From the human T2T-CHM13v2.0 reference genome, Homo sapiens, in NCBI RefSeq assembly GCF_009914755.1, contig NC_060927.1: DNA of 64,000 bases; one strand, 5' to 3'. Under the pieces are notes generated by a model. The model saw only the letters and a program-made list of their open reading frames with translations, was not told the DNA's origin and searched no databases. Of this stretch, positions 60,384 through 64,000 are shown one piece after another; position 1 is the first letter of the stretch, and the number at the start of each line of letters is the position of its first letter. Made by a program: the position numbers and the translations under genes.

Positions 60384-60389
60384 AATAAA
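60384..60389 (+). terminator. SEMA3F: SEMA3F polyadenylation signal AATAAA
   Basis: Canonical hexamer about 940 nt after the stop, with a U/GU-rich element downstream. Confidence 0.85.
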
Positions 60390-61269
60390 CACTGGCTCTG
60401 GGACTAGACTTTGGCTTCTCTCCTTGGTCAGGGGATTTAGAGCCACACGTGGTGGGCCTGGGGAGCCAGGTGGGGGGCTGGGAAGGGAGTAGATTGGCTC
60501 CATTTAAAGAAACCCAACATGTAGAAACCACATTTAGTTTGACAAACCTGGGCTGCTGCACCACCCCAAACACTTGGGTAGTGCGAAGGGCTGTAGAGAC
60601 CCCTCAGGGCCCACTCACTCCTCAGGGTCAGGGAGGGTGGGTGGAGCCTGAAGGCTGAAAGTGGCAGAAATGCAACGGCCTCACTCCTGGACAGATCCCC
60701 ATCATCCAACAGGGTGGGTGTAGAAGCTGCCAGCCTGTGGTAGGAGCCAGCATTCACTTCCCACGCATACTATTTAGAGACAGCCGTTAGTGCTCAGTGT
60801 CTGGTGCCCCGGCACCCCCTTGTGGTCTCTTGAGTCTGTGGCAGAGTTGAGTGCTGAAAGGCAGCCAGGTTCCAGGGAAGAGTCCAGCCAGGAGGCTCAG
60901 GGTGCCTGGAGGAGCCTTTGAGAGCCCAAGATTTGGGTTTTCCTATGGAAGTTGAGGGTGGGAAGTCTCTAGAACCTGGGAGCTCAACCTGAACAATTTC
61001 TGCCCGGCAGTGAGCCCTGCACCTGAACAGAGCACCAGACCCCCTAAGCTGAGGCAGGCAGGCCCTGGAGATAATCTTAGGCAGGCCTCAGAGCACCCAC
61101 AGCAGACAGAGCAGGAGCAGGATAGGTGAGCCCCATTCCTCCATACCCCAGGGAACACTACACCTGCTCTGGGATGCAATTTCTCCACCTGGCAACAGGC
61201 CTGCAAAACATTCTCTGGAAGAGCCTGGCCACTTCTGCAGATTAGAGACTTTGTTGCACCCAAATTCAA

Positions 61270-61625
61270 GTGTACATATAGGCACAGGCGCCTGCAAGCA
61301 TGCATGCACACACACAGTCATACACAGGCAGAGATGGACATGCACAGGCACACATATGCTCAGGTACAAACAGGCATGTTTACACCCCTGCGTATAAGCA
61401 AGTGCACACATGCAAACCTACACAAACTGCAAAACACACAAGCCTATGTGTGCATGAAGAGAATACACAAAGCATATTCACACATGCATACACATGTGTA
61501 TACATGTGCACACATACATAAGCATGCGCACAGGCACGTGATTCCTATAAGAGCACATGCACTCACAAAGGCATAAACATGCAGGCACACATGTACACAC
61601 AGGTATTCATGCACAAATGTGTCAA
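61270..61625. repeat. Degenerate CA/TG (RY-alternating) low-complexity tract
   Basis: cacatgcatacaca-type alternation over about 350 nt. Confidence 0.8.
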
Positions 61626-61663
61626 GTTATTGCTCGCTTGGTGCCAGCAAAAGACACACCCAT

Positions 61664-62590
<927 letters not shown>

Positions 62591-62769
62591 AGCAGGCATG
62601 TTTCTCCCAATTATGCCCTCTCACTGCCAGCCCCACCTCCATTGTCCTCACCCCCAGGGCTCAAGGTTCTGCCTTCCCCTTTCTCAGCCCTGACCCTACT
62701 GAACATGTCTCCCCACTCCCAGGCAGTGCCAGGGCCTCTCCTGGAGGGTTGCGGGGACAGAAGGACAGC

Positions 62770-62950
62770 CGGAGTGCAGAGTCAGCGGTTGAGGGATTGG
62801 GGCTATGCCAGCCCGATTAGAAGGGTTGGGGGGGCTGAGCTGGATTCACCTGTCCTTGTCTCTGATTGGCTCTTGGACACCCCTAGCCCCCAAATCCCAC
62901 TAAGCAGCCCCACCAGGGATTGCACAGGTCCGTAGAGAGCCAGTTGATTG
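62770..62950 (+). promoter_or_regulatory. GNAT1: GNAT1 rod-photoreceptor proximal promoter
   Basis: NRL/MARE-like TGCAGAGTCAGCG 62775-62787; CRX-type GATTAG 62815-62820 and CTAAGC near 62900; inverted CCAAT near 62865. Confidence 0.7.
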
Positions 62951-63057
62951 CAGGTCCTCCTGGGGCCAGAAGGGTGCCTGGGAGGCCAGGTTCTGGGGAT
63001 CCCCTCCATCCAGAAGAACCACCTGCTCACTCTGTCCCTTCGCCTGCTGCTGGGACC

Positions 63058-63163
63058 ATGGGGGCTGGGGCCAGTGCTGAGGAGAAGCACTCCAGGGAGC
63101 TGGAAAAGAAGCTGAAAGAGGACGCTGAGAAGGATGCTCGAACCGTGAAGCTGCTGCTTCTGG
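63058..63163 (+). CDS. GNAT1: Rod transducin alpha exon 1 ([36 protein letters not shown]); gene continues beyond the window
   Basis: Kozak accATGg; myristoylation motif MGxxxS; G-alpha KLLLLG; donor G|GTAGGG. Confidence 0.97.
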
Positions 63164-64000
63164 GTAGGGGTGTGGGCCCAGGTGGGGCCACTGCCACCAG
63201 GTCATTGGTCTGGAGGCAGGCAGGCAGCCCTTCTGTGAAGCAAGGATTCCCTGGGAAGCAGTATGAGCCTGTGACAGAGTAGGGCACAGGGTGGGAGCCC
63301 TGGCCAAGCAAGGCCAGGCCTGACAGGTGGTGTCCTAGTCCCCCAGGGCTGGACATCCCACAAAGCCCCTCTCCAGACGGCTCTGCCTCAGGTGACCCAC
63401 CCTCCCCAGAAGTGCGTGCCAACCACACTCTTGCACGGGTGTGTGATGCCGACTTTTCCGTGGCTGGGTTCCCGCAAGCTTCATGCAGCCTTTGGTTTGA
63501 TACGCCTGCTAGGCAATGCTCAGAAGCCAGGAGCCTCACTGGGAGCCCGTTATTGGGCTGCTACTTTGGGAAGGGGATGGCCATAGTCCTCCTGGGAGTG
63601 GGGAGCCTCTAGGACCACCCAGATCCACAACGAATGGCCCTCAGGTGCCAGAGGGCTGTGGCTGATAGACCTACAAAGCAGCCAGAGGGGCTGGCGGGTA
63701 CTGAGGCCCAGTGGGAGTAGATAAAGCCGCGTCCACTGGACCATGGGCACTGAGGAGAGATGGGGCTGATCCAGGCCTGCCTCAAGGTCACTGCCTGACC
63801 TCTCAAGGGGAAAAAGCAGCTTCAAGAGGGGCTCCACCCAAGCTCCCCAGGGTCTGGTCAACCAGCTGGAGGTGGGTGAGGGACCAAGCCAGTCCCACTT
63901 TCCCCCAAGGCAGAGAGGCTAAGCCGGAAATCTCATTAACTGTGCCCAACGCCCTCGCAGGGGCAAGCTCAGAAAGGATGTCAACTCTGCCCTCCCTCCT

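Noticed and set aside
62920-63057. In-frame upstream extension of GNAT1
   Set aside because: Starts at a non-ATG codon probably at or before the TSS, and would abolish the Gly2 myristoylation site

Overview
Human (primate) genomic DNA, recognisable from its proteins as the 3p21.31 SEMA3F locus. The window holds the complete SEMA3F gene on the + strand: a CpG-island promoter, non-coding exon 1 ending at 26898, 18 coding exons from 30957 to 59448 that splice in frame through GT-AG sites to 785 aa, and AATAAA at 60384. It also holds the promoter and first coding exon of rod transducin alpha (GNAT1, ATG 63058) and a probable first exon of the antisense lncRNA SEMA3F-AS1. The rest is repeat-rich (about 27 Alu pieces, an ERVL-type solo LTR, Tigger1, MER63, L2, MIR, simple repeats). 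Almost all supplied ORFs are Alu, low-complexity or GC-rich artefacts. I see no credible new protein-coding system. The most unusual unexplained signals are non-coding: a cryptic ~30-bp tandem array with Rel/NFAT-type TGGAAA cores in intron 18, a three-layer MER63>Tigger1>Alu nest in intron 7, a 23-kb Alu-free zone with homeodomain, HOX and TATA/E-box modules, paired RFX X-boxes, a candidate CTCF boundary before GNAT1, and an intron that splits the furin site. Repeat family names come from recalled consensus sequences, not a database search, and repeat boundaries are approximate.
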